64,000 bases of DNA from Erythrobacter sp. (GCA_965249945.1 OZ252258.1:2563375-2627374), one strand, 5' to 3'. Positions 38,142 to 48,303 are shown, counted from the first letter of the stretch. The notes: generated from the letters alone by a model not told the origin. Made by a program: numbers and translations.

Positions 38142-39430
38142 TGCAAAAGCTGTTGATCTCTGACCCCGAGTTCGACCGAAAGTTCAACAAGGTCGTCAAC
38201 GCTCGGCGTGAAAGCGCTGACGATGTCTCGGGCCGGGTGCGTGACATTTTGGCGAGCGTAAAATCGCGCGGCGACGATGCCCTGGTCGATTACACCGAAA
38301 GGTTCGATGGCTACGCCCTTGCCGAGGAGAGCGACTGTTCGATCAGCCCGGAGCGCTGCGCCGAGGCCTATGCCGAGCTCGACGCGCCTTTGCGCGAAGC
38401 GCTCGATCTCGCCGCAGAGCGGATCCGCGCCTATCACCTCGACCAGGTCCCCGCGAACCGCGATTTCACCGATCAAGCCGGTGTCCGCCAAGGCGCCACC
38501 TGGCGCCCGGTCGATGCCGCAGGCCTGTATGTCCCGGGCGGCCGCGCAGCCTATCCATCGTCCTTGCTAATGAACGCCATTCCCGCCCGCGTCGCCGGGG
38601 TCGAGCGATTGGTCGTCGTCACCCCGACCCCCAGAGGCAACAGCAATCCGCTGGTCCTAGCCGCCGCGCATGTTGCTGGCGTAGACGAGATCTGGCGCGT
38701 CGGCGGAGCACAGGCGGTCGCAGCCCTCGCCTATGGCACCGACCGCATCAAGCCGGTCGACGTCATCACTGGCCCCGGCAATGCCTATGTCGCCGAGGCC
38801 AAGCGTCAGCTCTATGGCGTGGTCGGGATCGATATGGTCGCCGGACCGAGCGAGATCCTGGTGATCGCCGATTGCGACAATGATCCTGACTGGATTGCGG
38901 CCGATCTGTTGAGCCAGGCGGAACACGATCCAACCTCGCAATCGATCCTGATCACCGATGATGCAACCTGCGCTGCGCAGGTCGAAGACCGGATTGCGGT
39001 CCAGCTTTCGCAGCTCGAGACCAGCAAGACCGCCAAGGCCAGTTGGGACGACCACGGCGTGATCATCGTGGTTGACGACCTGGCGCAGGCCCCCGCCCTC
39101 GCCGATCGGCTCGCTGCCGAGCACGTTGAACTGGCGGTTGCTGACCCCGAGCCCCTGTTCAAACAGATCAATCACGCGGGCAGCGTGTTCCTTGGCCGCA
39201 TGACTCCGGAGGCGGTGGGCGATTATGTAGCAGGGCCGAACCACGTTCTGCCCACCGGCCGGCGCGCGCGTTTCTCTAGCGGGCTGTCCGTGCTCGATTT
39301 CATGAAGCGGACCAGCTTCATCTCACTCGACGATGCCGCCTTGGCGGCGATCGGCCCCGCCGCAGCAACTCTAGCCCATGCAGAAGGCCTTCCGGCCCAC
39401 GCCAAATCGGTGGAGCTCCGCCTCAAATGA
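38141..39430 (+). CDS. hisD: histidinol dehydrogenase
   Basis: 429 aa. GGAQAVAALAYGT, GPGNAYVAEAKR and SQAEHD motifs. Confidence 0.95.
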   Translation: MQKLLISDPEFDRKFNKVVNARRESADDVSGRVRDILASVKSRGDDALVDYTERFDGYALAEESDCSISPERCAEAYAELDAPLREALDLAAERIRAYHLDQVPANRDFTDQAGVRQGATWRPVDAAGLYVPGGRAAYPSSLLMNAIPARVAGVERLVVVTPTPRGNSNPLVLAAAHVAGVDEIWRVGGAQAVAALAYGTDRIKPVDVITGPGNAYVAEAKRQLYGVVGIDMVAGPSEILVIADCDNDPDWIAADLLSQAEHDPTSQSILITDDATCAAQVEDRIAVQLSQLETSKTAKASWDDHGVIIVVDDLAQAPALADRLAAEHVELAVADPEPLFKQINHAGSVFLGRMTPEAVGDYVAGPNHVLPTGRRARFSSGLSVLDFMKRTSFISLDDAALAAIGPAAATLAHAEGLPAHAKSVELRLK

Positions 39431-39879
39431 ACACGCCCGCTCGCTCCCTCGCTCGCTCAACCGCGCGTCTGGCCGCCGTTCAGGCGCTCTATCAGCAGCA
39501 GATGGAAGGCACCGCTTTGTCCAAGCTGCTCGATGAGTTTCACCAGCATCGGCTTGGCAAGGTGATCGATGAGGATGAATTCGCCGATGCCGAGGTCGAC
39601 TTCTTCGATGATGTCGTTCGCGGGGTCGACGCCCGGCGCGAAGAGATCGACGCGCTGCTGCTCGAACGCCTCGCTGATGGCTGGACGCTCGCGCGGCTCG
39701 ACAAGACCATGCTGCAGGTGCTGCGGGCTGGTGTCTATGAGCTGATCGCCCGGGCCGATGTGCCGACTGCCTCGGCAATCAACGAATATGTCGATGTCGC
39801 CAAGGCGTTCTTCGATGATCGCGAAGCCAAATTCGTCAACGGCATCCTCGACGCGCTAGCCAAGCAAACCCGCGCCTAG
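39427..39879 (+). CDS. nusB: transcription antitermination factor NusB
   Basis: 150 aa. ARLAAVQALYQ... and ...NEYVDVAKAF......FVNGILD. Confidence 0.9.
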   Translation: MNTPARSLARSTARLAAVQALYQQQMEGTALSKLLDEFHQHRLGKVIDEDEFADAEVDFFDDVVRGVDARREEIDALLLERLADGWTLARLDKTMLQVLRAGVYELIARADVPTASAINEYVDVAKAFFDDREAKFVNGILDALAKQTRA

Positions 39880-39922
39880 CGCTTGCCCCAAGGCTGAATG
39901 TGTTCCAAACTCTGATCCAGCA

Positions 39923-40795
39923 GTGGGGATCCGAGTGACCAATGAATTCGCCTTTCTCGCCAATCTGAAGAAGCTGCCGCTCCACCCCGGTGCGCGCGGG
40001 CTAGAAGATGATTGTGCGGTCATTCCTCTGGGGAATGAGACGATCATCCTGACCCACGATATGATGGCCGAGGACACGCATTTTCGTCCCGACGCCCGGA
40101 TGAGCGATGTGGCGTGGAAGCTGGTCGCGCTCAACCTGTCCGATCTGGCCTCCAAAGGGGCCGAACCGATTGGAATCCTGCTGGGGCATTCGCTGAGCGA
40201 GAATGACGCGGATTTCCTCGACGGTCTGCGGGATATCCTGAGCGTCCATGATGTCCCGATCCTGGGCGGCGACACGATCGCTGCAACAGGAGCCAGCACC
40301 TTTGGCGTGACCGCGGTTGGGCGCGCCACCCACACGCCGGTCCCCGCCCGCCAAGGCGCGCAGCCCGGTGACGCGATCTATGTCACCGGAAGTTTTGGCG
40401 AGGCCATGCTCGGGTTCGAAGGGCATGAGGACCACCACGAAGCGTTCAATCGACCAAAACCGCGGCTGACCGAGGGGCAAGCGCTCGCGCCGATGGTGAC
40501 GGCGATGATGGATGTTTCGGACGGACTGCTGCTCGATGCGTGGCGCATGGCCCGCGCCAGCAATGCCACCTTCCGGCTCAATCCAGAGCTCATTCCGGTG
40601 GCCGATCCTGATCGATTGGCGGAGTGCATCCGCTGGGGTGACGATTACGAGCTGCTTTTTACCATGCCCAAACATGTCCAGCCGCCGATTCCAGCCACCC
40701 GAATTGGCTCGGTTGAGCCCTTTGAAGAGGCGCCTCTATTCCTCGGAGGGACGGCGCTATTGGCGTCGGATTCGCTGGGCTATCAGCACGGCTGA
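39923..40795 (+). CDS. thiL: thiamine-phosphate kinase
   Basis: 290 aa. NEFAFL..L....., EDDCAV, LTHDMMAEDTHF, NLSDLASKGA and GGDT. GTG start, with 39935 as an alternative. Confidence 0.85.
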   Translation: MGIRVTNEFAFLANLKKLPLHPGARGLEDDCAVIPLGNETIILTHDMMAEDTHFRPDARMSDVAWKLVALNLSDLASKGAEPIGILLGHSLSENDADFLDGLRDILSVHDVPILGGDTIAATGASTFGVTAVGRATHTPVPARQGAQPGDAIYVTGSFGEAMLGFEGHEDHHEAFNRPKPRLTEGQALAPMVTAMMDVSDGLLLDAWRMARASNATFRLNPELIPVADPDRLAECIRWGDDYELLFTMPKHVQPPIPATRIGSVEPFEEAPLFLGGTALLASDSLGYQHG

Positions 40796-40946
40796 GGCAA
40801 CAAACCCAAAAAAAGCCTAACAAGACTGATGAAACCGGCAGAATCCGCCGCTTTCAGGCTTGTCACATTCGGTCAACCACACTAGCGAGGCCGCGTCGCG
40901 CCCCGATTTCGCCGAGGGCGCTTTCCACTATTCAGGGAGGGATAGA

Positions 40947-43052
40947 GTGGATCTTATTCTCATATCTATTGGCCTCGGTGTGCTTGCCGTTCTCTACGGC
41001 TTTGTCACCAGCCGCCAGGTGCTGGGTGCCAGCGCCGGTAACGCCAAGATGCAAGAAATTGCCGGCGCCATTCAAGAAGGCGCTCAAGCCTACCTCAACC
41101 GTCAATACACCACGATCGGTATCGTTGGTGTGGTCGCGGCGGTCGTCGTCGGCCTGTTCCTTGGCGTTGTGCCAGCGGTTGGCTTCGTCATCGGCGCGGT
41201 TTTGTCTGGCGTTGCGGGCTATATCGGGATGAATATCTCGGTGCGCTCGAATGTCCGCACGGCCGCTGCGGCTGAATCAGGCCTGCAACAGGGCCTCACC
41301 ATCGCGTTCCGCGCTGGGGCGATCACCGGCATGCTGGTGGCCGGCCTCGCACTGCTGGCAATCGCCGTGTTTTTCTATGTCCTGGTCGGCCCGATGGCTC
41401 TCGAAGCCAACAGCCGCACGGTCATTGATGGTCTTGTCGGCCTCGCGTTTGGTGCTTCGCTGATCTCGATCTTCGCGCGTCTCGGCGGTGGTATCTTCAC
41501 CAAGGCTGCTGACGTTGGCGCTGACCTCGTCGGTAAGGTCGAAGCTTCGATCCCAGAGGACGATCCCCGCAACCCCGCCACCATCGCCGATAACGTCGGC
41601 GACAACGTGGGCGATTGCGCAGGCATGGCCGCTGACTTGTTCGAAACCTATGTTGTGACCGTTGGTGCAACCATGGTTCTGACCGCGCTGCTCTTCTCTG
41701 AGCAGCTCGGCGATCTGCTGCTGCCAATGATGGCTCTGCCACTTCTGATCGGCGGCGCTTGCATCGTGACCTCGATCATCGGCACCTACTTTGTCCGTCT
41801 CGGCAATGGCACCAATGTCATGGGCGCGATGTACAAGGGCTTCATCGTCACCGCCGTTCTGGCCATTCCGCTGATCTGGTTCGCGACGCAATTTGCGTTA
41901 GGCGACATGAACACGGTTCTGAACCCGGGCGACACGGTCGAGTTCCACGGACGTGACTTGTTCTATTGCTCGCTGATCGGCCTCGCGCTGACCGGTATCA
42001 TCATCTGGATCACCGAATATTACACCGGCACCAACTTCCGTCCGGTGAAATCGATCGCCAAGGCTTCGGAAACGGGCCACGGCACCAATGTGATCCAGGG
42101 CCTGGCAATCTCGCTTGAGTCGACCGCCCTTCCCACCATCGTCATCATCGCAGCCATCATCGGCGCGTACCAACTCGCTGGCCTGATCGGACTGGCGTTT
42201 GGTGCCACCGCGATGCTCGCGCTGGCTGGCATGGTCGTCGCGCTCGACGCTTACGGTCCAGTGACTGACAATGCCGGCGGTATCGCCGAAATGTCAGAGC
42301 TTGACGCAAGCGTTCGTGAGAAAACCGATCTGCTCGACGCAGTGGGCAACACCACCAAGGCTGTGACCAAGGGCTATGCCATCGGTTCTGCCGGTCTGGC
42401 TGCGCTCGTGCTGTTCGCCGCTTACACAGCTGACCTTCGGTTGTTCTTCCCAGAAGCCGAAGTCAACTTCAGCCTTGAGAACCCCTACGTGATCGTGGGC
42501 CTCCTGCTCGGTGCACTGCTGCCGTACCTGTTTGGTGCGATGGGCATGACCGCCGTTGGTCGTGCTGCTGGTGACGTTGTCGTCGACGTGCGTGATCAGT
42601 TCGCCAATGACCCCGGGATCATGGAAGGTACCAGCCGTCCAGACTATGCCCGCACGGTGGATCTCGTGACCAAGGCCGCGATCAAGGAAATGATCGTTCC
42701 ATCGCTGCTTCCGGTTCTGGCTCCGATCGTGACCTATTTCGTGATCTACTTCCTGGCTGGCCAGGACAACGCCTTCGCGGCGCTCGGCGCTCTGTTGCTG
42801 GGTGTGATCGTCGGCGGTCTGTTCGTGGCGCTTTCAATGACCGCTGGTGGCGGTGCTTGGGACAATGCCAAGAAATACATCGAAGACGGCAATCATGGCG
42901 GCAAGGGCTCCGAAGCTCACAAGGCTGCGGTGACCGGTGACACCGTTGGTGACCCCTATAAGGACACCGCTGGTCCGGCCGTGAACCCGATGATCAAGAT
43001 CACCAACATCGTGGCGCTGCTGTTGCTCGCCGCACTGGCTGGCGCGCACTAA
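40947..43052 (+). CDS. hppA: membrane-bound proton/sodium-translocating pyrophosphatase
   Basis: About 701 aa from GTG, 6 nt after GGAGG. Signatures [20 protein letters not shown] and [19 protein letters not shown]. The ATG at 40860 lacks an SD. Confidence 0.95.
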   Translation: MDLILISIGLGVLAVLYGFVTSRQVLGASAGNAKMQEIAGAIQEGAQAYLNRQYTTIGIVGVVAAVVVGLFLGVVPAVGFVIGAVLSGVAGYIGMNISVRSNVRTAAAAESGLQQGLTIAFRAGAITGMLVAGLALLAIAVFFYVLVGPMALEANSRTVIDGLVGLAFGASLISIFARLGGGIFTKAADVGADLVGKVEASIPEDDPRNPATIADNVGDNVGDCAGMAADLFETYVVTVGATMVLTALLFSEQLGDLLLPMMALPLLIGGACIVTSIIGTYFVRLGNGTNVMGAMYKGFIVTAVLAIPLIWFATQFALGDMNTVLNPGDTVEFHGRDLFYCSLIGLALTGIIIWITEYYTGTNFRPVKSIAKASETGHGTNVIQGLAISLESTALPTIVIIAAIIGAYQLAGLIGLAFGATAMLALAGMVVALDAYGPVTDNAGGIAEMSELDASVREKTDLLDAVGNTTKAVTKGYAIGSAGLAALVLFAAYTADLRLFFPEAEVNFSLENPYVIVGLLLGALLPYLFGAMGMTAVGRAAGDVVVDVRDQFANDPGIMEGTSRPDYARTVDLVTKAAIKEMIVPSLLPVLAPIVTYFVIYFLAGQDNAFAALGALLLGVIVGGLFVALSMTAGGGAWDNAKKYIEDGNHGGKGSEAHKAAVTGDTVGDPYKDTAGPAVNPMIKITNIVALLLLAALAGAH

Positions 43053-43085
43053 GCGCTCGATCAAACAGCTGAAAAGCAATGGAGA

Positions 43086-43115
43086 CCCTGTCGGGAGCGA
43101 TCCTGGCGGGGTTTT
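43086..43115 (+). terminator. Rho-independent terminator of hppA
   Basis: 11-bp stem CCCUGUCGGGA / UCCUGGCGGGG (3 G-U pairs) closed by a GCGA tetraloop, followed by UUUUCAUUU. Confidence 0.6.
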
Positions 43116-43241
43116 CATTTGCGCGCCGGGAGTGTGCCCATTTGGGGCAGGCGGGATAAACCGCCGAAATCCTTAATCTTTGTTAACCTTGTGCTGCTTG
43201 AAGCAAGTCACTTTGTGGGCAGACAAGGGTAATGCGACCAA

Positions 43242-44399
43242 ATGGCGACCGCGCCAGACATTCTGACAGCACCGACGCAGGGTAAAGCCGGCCTGCGTCT
43301 GGCTGACGGTGTCCACTTTCTGCTCAAAGATCAGATCCATGATCCGGCGTTTCAATCCGCCTGGCTGGCATTGGCAGAGAGCGCCGCTGAGCCCAATCCC
43401 TTCTTCGAAAGCTGGTTTCTGACCCCTGCGCTCTCGCATATTGCGCGGGACGAGCGGATCGAGCTTTGCGTGTTCATTCTGGATGGCGAATTGGCCGGCC
43501 TGTTTCCATTGGCTAGGAGCACTTCCTATTACGGCTATCCGCTGCCGCATTGCGCCACTTGGCTGCATGACAACGCCTTTTGTGGGATTCCTTTGGTAAG
43601 AAAGGGCGCCGAGCGGGACTTCTGGTCAACCTTGTTCGCCGCGATTGATGACAATCCGCGCAAGGCGCTGTTCCTGCACCTACCCTACCTCTGCGAGACC
43701 GGGCCCGTTGCAGAGGCGCTTGAGGCCGTAGCAAATGCGCAAGCGCGCGGCCACGGCGTGGTGCAGCGAGAGCAACGCGCGATGCTGATGTCAGAGCTCA
43801 ATGCAGCAGACTATCTCGCCAATTCGATGTCGCAAAAACGCCGCAAGGAATTGCGGCGATTGCACAAGCGTCTGTCCGAATGCGGCGACCTGCAGATCGA
43901 ACGGCTTGAGGGAACCGAAAACCTTGAACAATGGATCGAGGGATTCCTTGCGCTTGAGCAGAACAGCTGGAAGGGCGACGAGGGCTCTGCACTGGGCTGC
44001 GCCGCCGGGACCACGGCGCTGTTCAAGCAAGCGCTGAGTGGTGCTGCCGCGATTGGGCGGCTTGAGCGACTGGCATTTCGATTGGACGGAGCGCCGGTCG
44101 CAATGCTCGCCAACTTCATCTGCCCACCCGGCGGGTTCAGCTTCAAAACCTCGTTCGATGATCGCTTCGCCAAGCATTCACCCGGCCTGCTCCTACAGCT
44201 GGAAAATCTCGCACTGTTGGAACGCGATGACATCCAATGGACCGATAGCTGCGCGGCTGAAGGGCATTCCATGATTGAGCGCCTGTGGCGTGAGAAGCGG
44301 GCGATGCAATCGCTCAATGTCGCGATTGGCGGTCCCCTGCGCAGAGCGATGTTCGATCAATTGATCCGCCGCGAAGCGCGCGAAAGGAAGACACAATGA
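43242..44399 (+). CDS. CelD/BcsL-like GNAT (Acetyltransf_6 / FemAB-like) protein
   Basis: 385 aa. The overall pattern (...PNPFFESWFLTPAL......LFPL......) and the C-terminal GNAT-like half resemble cellulose-biosynthesis CelD-type acetyltransferases. Confidence 0.6.
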   Translation: MATAPDILTAPTQGKAGLRLADGVHFLLKDQIHDPAFQSAWLALAESAAEPNPFFESWFLTPALSHIARDERIELCVFILDGELAGLFPLARSTSYYGYPLPHCATWLHDNAFCGIPLVRKGAERDFWSTLFAAIDDNPRKALFLHLPYLCETGPVAEALEAVANAQARGHGVVQREQRAMLMSELNAADYLANSMSQKRRKELRRLHKRLSECGDLQIERLEGTENLEQWIEGFLALEQNSWKGDEGSALGCAAGTTALFKQALSGAAAIGRLERLAFRLDGAPVAMLANFICPPGGFSFKTSFDDRFAKHSPGLLLQLENLALLERDDIQWTDSCAAEGHSMIERLWREKRAMQSLNVAIGGPLRRAMFDQLIRREARERKTQ

Positions 44400-45304
44400 C
44401 CGCACCCTTCCAACAGACCTCGGTAATTGGGGTTTCTCCTGGACAGAACCTCGCGATCTTCGGGCAGGATGCGCGCGACCTGTTCGAGCAGAGCTATCCG
44501 GAGACACCCTGCGTGCTCAGCCACAGCCTCGACCGCCATCCCTTGTTGGAGCTGGACGCCCTCGCCGATCTGGGTTCGAGCCTTCCCGACGCCTCGGTCG
44601 AGTACAATCGCGGCGATCTGCCGATTGGTGTCGATGGCAAGCCGGGAGAGACCGGCCTGACCATCGCGGAGACGATCCGCAATGTTCGCAGCGCCAATTC
44701 CTGGGCTGTGCTGAAGAATGTCGAGCAGGCCCCTCTCTACAAGGATCTGCTCGGTGATTTGCTAAGCGAGCTTGAGGACCAGATCGTCGCCAAGACCGGC
44801 GCGATGCTGACCCCGCAGGCCTTCATCTTTGTTTCGAGCCCGAACGCGGTCACACCCTATCATTTCGACCCCGAGCACAACATCCTGCTGCAGATCGCCG
44901 GCTCGAAGGTGATGACGCAATTTCCCGCTGGCAATGCCCGCTACGCTCCGGACGAAACGCATGAAAGCTATCACCTAGGCGGCCCGCGCGAATTGCAGTG
45001 GAACGAGAGCTTCGTACCGGCCGGTCAGGAGTTCGCCATCGGACCGGGCGAGGCGGCTCACGTCCCGGTGATGGCGCCGCATTTCGTTCGCAATGGTCCG
45101 GACAGCTCAATCTCGCTTTCGATTACCTGGCGCAGCGAGTGGAGCTATGCCGAGGCGGGTGCGCGCTGCTTTAACGCCCTTTTACGACGGGCGGGTCTAG
45201 AGCCTCAGCAGCCCAAGCGCTGGCCTGGGTCCAACCGCAACAAGGACCTCGCCTTTCGGGCCTGGCGGCGCCTGTTTGGGGCGCCCAAGCCCGCTCAAAA
45301 TTAG
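44396..45304 (+). CDS. JmjC/cupin_8-type Fe(II)/2-oxoglutarate oxygenase-like protein
   Basis: 302 aa. HxD facial-triad element YHFDPEHNILLQIAGSK and a distal His in HVPVMAPHFVRN. ATGA overlap with the upstream GNAT. Confidence 0.6.
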   Translation: MTAPFQQTSVIGVSPGQNLAIFGQDARDLFEQSYPETPCVLSHSLDRHPLLELDALADLGSSLPDASVEYNRGDLPIGVDGKPGETGLTIAETIRNVRSANSWAVLKNVEQAPLYKDLLGDLLSELEDQIVAKTGAMLTPQAFIFVSSPNAVTPYHFDPEHNILLQIAGSKVMTQFPAGNARYAPDETHESYHLGGPRELQWNESFVPAGQEFAIGPGEAAHVPVMAPHFVRNGPDSSISLSITWRSEWSYAEAGARCFNALLRRAGLEPQQPKRWPGSNRNKDLAFRAWRRLFGAPKPAQN

Positions 45305-45449
45305 CATTGTCAACGCGCTCTTGGAGCCCGCACCAATCCCGGCTCAGCGTCGCTGGGTGGAGCTGAGATCGAAATACCGGCAACTGAGTGACATCGCCAA
45401 CCCATCTGGCAGCACTAGCGGCGCTTGACGAAAGCCGACCTGGTCGCGC

Positions 45450-46376
45450 ATGGGCCTTCGCGTGACAGATTCATCAAGAACACCCGAGCAATTGGTCGCT
45501 GGCCTTGTGCGCCTGCTAACCGTCGGCAAGGCCGCCTCCGACATATTCATCGGCAGTCCGCAAAAGGGCGGTATGGGCCGCGTGTTTGGCGGGCAAGTGC
45601 TTGCGCAAGCGCTGCAAGCTGCCCAAGCGAGCATTCCTGAGGGCAAAGTTGCCCATTCGTTGCACGCCTATTTTTTGCGTGGCGGCAAGGAAGGGCCTCC
45701 AATCGAATATCGCATCCAGCGCGATTTTGACGGGCGCAGTTTTTCCAACCGAAGGGTTGTCGCCGCCCAAGAGGACGAGGAAGGTGCGTGCAAGCCGATC
45801 CTCAACCTGACCGCAAGCTTCCAAACCCCGGAGGATGGGCTCGAGCACATCGATTCACCGATGCCCGATGTCGAAGGCCCAGAAGATCTTCGCAGCGACA
45901 TGGAAATGCGCCAGATCATGGTCGACAAGATGGGCGACAGATTGCCTGACGCCGCCCGCAAGATGATGCTTCGCCCTCGCCCAATCGAGATGAGGACGAT
46001 AGACCGCTTGCACTGGATGAATTCTGAGCCGCGCGAGGCCAAGGCCCATAGCTGGTTCCGGACAGCAGCGCCGCTTCCCGATGATCCCAATTTGCACCGC
46101 GCAATAATCACCTATGCCAGCGATTACACCTTGCTCGGCACCAGCGCCCTGCCGCACGGGCTAAGCTGGATGCGCAACGAGTTGGTCGGAGCCAGCCTCG
46201 ATCACGCAATCTGGTTCCATCGTGAAGTGCGCGCCGACGAATGGCTGCTCTATGCCACCGATGCTCCGTGGTCAGGCGGTGGACGCGGATTCAACCGGGG
46301 GCGGATCTTCAACCAGCGGGGCGAGCTGGTTGCAAGCGTCGCGCAAGAAGGCATGATGCGAAAGCGCAAATCATGA
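45450..46376 (+). CDS. tesB: acyl-CoA thioesterase II
   Basis: 308 aa double hotdog. VFGGQVLAQAL, HSLHAYFLRGG, SLDHAIWFH and the overall TesB pattern. Confidence 0.9.
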   Translation: MGLRVTDSSRTPEQLVAGLVRLLTVGKAASDIFIGSPQKGGMGRVFGGQVLAQALQAAQASIPEGKVAHSLHAYFLRGGKEGPPIEYRIQRDFDGRSFSNRRVVAAQEDEEGACKPILNLTASFQTPEDGLEHIDSPMPDVEGPEDLRSDMEMRQIMVDKMGDRLPDAARKMMLRPRPIEMRTIDRLHWMNSEPREAKAHSWFRTAAPLPDDPNLHRAIITYASDYTLLGTSALPHGLSWMRNELVGASLDHAIWFHREVRADEWLLYATDAPWSGGGRGFNRGRIFNQRGELVASVAQEGMMRKRKS

Positions 46377-46391
46377 CTGCCCAGGATCGGA

Positions 46392-47309
46392 TCAGGTCGA
46401 CAACTCAATCCAGGCAATCGATTGCTCGATCAAGTCCGGGTCCAACATGCCCGGCTCGGTTGAGAGGACGAGAAACGGGTTGGTGTTGTGGTCGATAAGC
46501 CGTTCGATCAGCAATCGGCGCTTGCCGGACCGTGAACGCCTATCCACCGTGATCTCGAAAAGGCACCCAGCCAGACGGGATTCCCGAGTCATATGCCGCA
46601 ACACAAGGGCCAATTCGTGGATAGATATCGGCATGTCTCGCAATCGCACACGCCTGACCCGAAATCCCATCTCTTCCGCTGCCTTGGCGACAATGGCATG
46701 TCGCAATCCAGATGATCCTCCACTCACAATAGTCGGCTGCGACTCCGCATTGTCGGCGCCTGAAGCCAATGCAGATCTAAGGAGTTCAAAGGCCGCGCGA
46801 TGCTCTGTCGAAGCCATGTCATCGCTTATCTGTCGAGGTTTCGCTTGGCCTGGGAGCAGGAGCGGGGACAGTGCCGGATTATCGATCGAGATGCCAAGGA
46901 GCGAAAAGAGAATCTGCTCATCGAGCCTGAGCGGGCTTTGCAGAGGGGGAACCGCTGGATCAAGCTGGATAAGATTGAACTTGCGGAGTGGCGCAGATGG
47001 TGATGCGGCAAGAGTGTTAGCGTCTAAGAGCGCAGCCAAGGCCAAACCAAATGTTGGTTGCGTCTGGTTCTCCAGCTTCCGGATCGCTGCCGACAATTCA
47101 GCGTCAACTTGCGCTCCAAGGCAAAGGAGCAGGACATCCACTTCGAAGTCGGTCAGGCCAAACGCGGATCGAATATGTCCGACCGTGATCGAATCCTCTG
47201 GCCTCGGGAGGCGGTCAGAGAGCGGCTCATCGAGCTCAAAATTCGCCAGCAATTTGGACAACCAGCTCAAGTGGTTGGCCAATAGCGCCGCCTCTTTTCC
47301 GAATACCAT
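46392..47309 (-). CDS. orphan hypothetical protein: helical N-domain plus P-loop-degenerate AAA-like domain
   Basis: 305 aa. FGLTDFEVDVLLLCLGAQVDAEL...PTFGLALAAL...PLRKFNLIQL, then IVSGGSSGLRHAIVAKAAEEMGFRVRRV where a Walker A would be expected. There is no following ATPase module. TTG/CTT/CGA/GGA codon use is noticeable. Confidence 0.55.
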   Translation of the reverse strand: MVFGKEAALLANHLSWLSKLLANFELDEPLSDRLPRPEDSITVGHIRSAFGLTDFEVDVLLLCLGAQVDAELSAAIRKLENQTQPTFGLALAALLDANTLAASPSAPLRKFNLIQLDPAVPPLQSPLRLDEQILFSLLGISIDNPALSPLLLPGQAKPRQISDDMASTEHRAAFELLRSALASGADNAESQPTIVSGGSSGLRHAIVAKAAEEMGFRVRRVRLRDMPISIHELALVLRHMTRESRLAGCLFEITVDRRSRSGKRRLLIERLIDHNTNPFLVLSTEPGMLDPDLIEQSIAWIELST

Positions 47310-47421
47310 CGTTCTGCAATCTCCCTCGCGCTACCTTCCTTCCTATCGCTAAATTGCGAGCGAGGCTATTCGTTCAGCGCCTCATACTCCGGCCGCGCTT
47401 CCAGCGCAGTCCTTCGCGACA

Positions 47422-48237
47422 TCAGTGCGCCAACAAGATCGGCATTTGCGGCTCACTCAGCGAGCGCCGGGTGACCCCTCCAAGCAAGAATTCAGACAGG
47501 CGCGAATGGCCATAGGCGCCCATCACCATCAATCCGCACTCCTTCAGCTCAGCCGCAGAGAACAAGGTGTCGGCAATCTTGGCATCACCCCGGGTGATAT
47601 CGAGCAATTCTGCTTCGATCCCATGCCGGCTGAGATATTTCGCGCCCTCGACCGGAGGAAAGTCAAACCGCTCACGGTCGGAATCCTCAGCAATTGTCGC
47701 GAGATAGACTTTGCTAGCCGCCTTGAGCATCGGGATCGCCGCTCGAAGCGCCACGCACGCCTCTGATGATCCATTCCACGCCACCATTATCGGTGCATTG
47801 GTGTCCAGCCGTTTCCACTCACCAGGAATGACCAGGACTGGGACAGGGGCCTTTAGAACCAGCTCACCGACCATGCTCGAGGGTCCGCGATTGTGCTGCC
47901 CAATGTCGTGCGGCCCGACGATGATGATGTCATGCAAGGCCGATTGCTCGAGCAGCTTCACCTCGGCCATTCCATAAAGGAACTGCCATTCCCACAGCAC
48001 GTCTTCGTTCTTGAGATCTGTCTCAATCTTTTCGCGCAGCTTTTCGGCCGCCTCTTTGATGACCGGCATCGCGGCCGCCATGGCAGATCCATAAAAGTCA
48101 CCAGGTGCAAAGACTTCGTAGCTGACCGCCTGCAAGCAGGTGATATGCGCATCATGCGCACGTGCCAAATCCATGGCTGCTTGCAGCCGGGCTTCCATGC
48201 AGTCGTCACCATCAATGTGCAGCAGGATAGATTTCAT
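47422..48237 (-). CDS. tandem-domain universal stress protein
   Basis: 271 aa with two UspA domains (ILLHIDGD...; MVMGAYGHSRLSEFLLGGVTR). Confidence 0.85.
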   Translation of the reverse strand: MKSILLHIDGDDCMEARLQAAMDLARAHDAHITCLQAVSYEVFAPGDFYGSAMAAAMPVIKEAAEKLREKIETDLKNEDVLWEWQFLYGMAEVKLLEQSALHDIIIVGPHDIGQHNRGPSSMVGELVLKAPVPVLVIPGEWKRLDTNAPIMVAWNGSSEACVALRAAIPMLKAASKVYLATIAEDSDRERFDFPPVEGAKYLSRHGIEAELLDITRGDAKIADTLFSAAELKECGLMVMGAYGHSRLSEFLLGGVTRRSLSEPQMPILLAH

Positions 48238-48289
48238 CGTCGGTCTCCCTCTGTGTGTTTGAAATTATCCAGACGCCGACAATGCTGCA

Positions 48290-48303
48290 TTGATCGAGAT
48301 CAA
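48290..48303. promoter_or_regulatory. perfect FNR box TTGATCGAGATCAA
   Basis: Exact TTGAT-N4-ATCAA palindrome in the divergent USP / carotenoid-oxygenase intergenic region. It is centred 59.5 nt from the USP ATG (48237) and 107.5 nt from the ATG at 48404. Confidence 0.6.

Noticed and set aside
43173-43568. 131-aa minus-strand ORF spanning the hppA-GNAT intergenic region
   Set aside because: It mostly runs antisense to the 5' end of the GNAT gene. It has no SD and no family resemblance.
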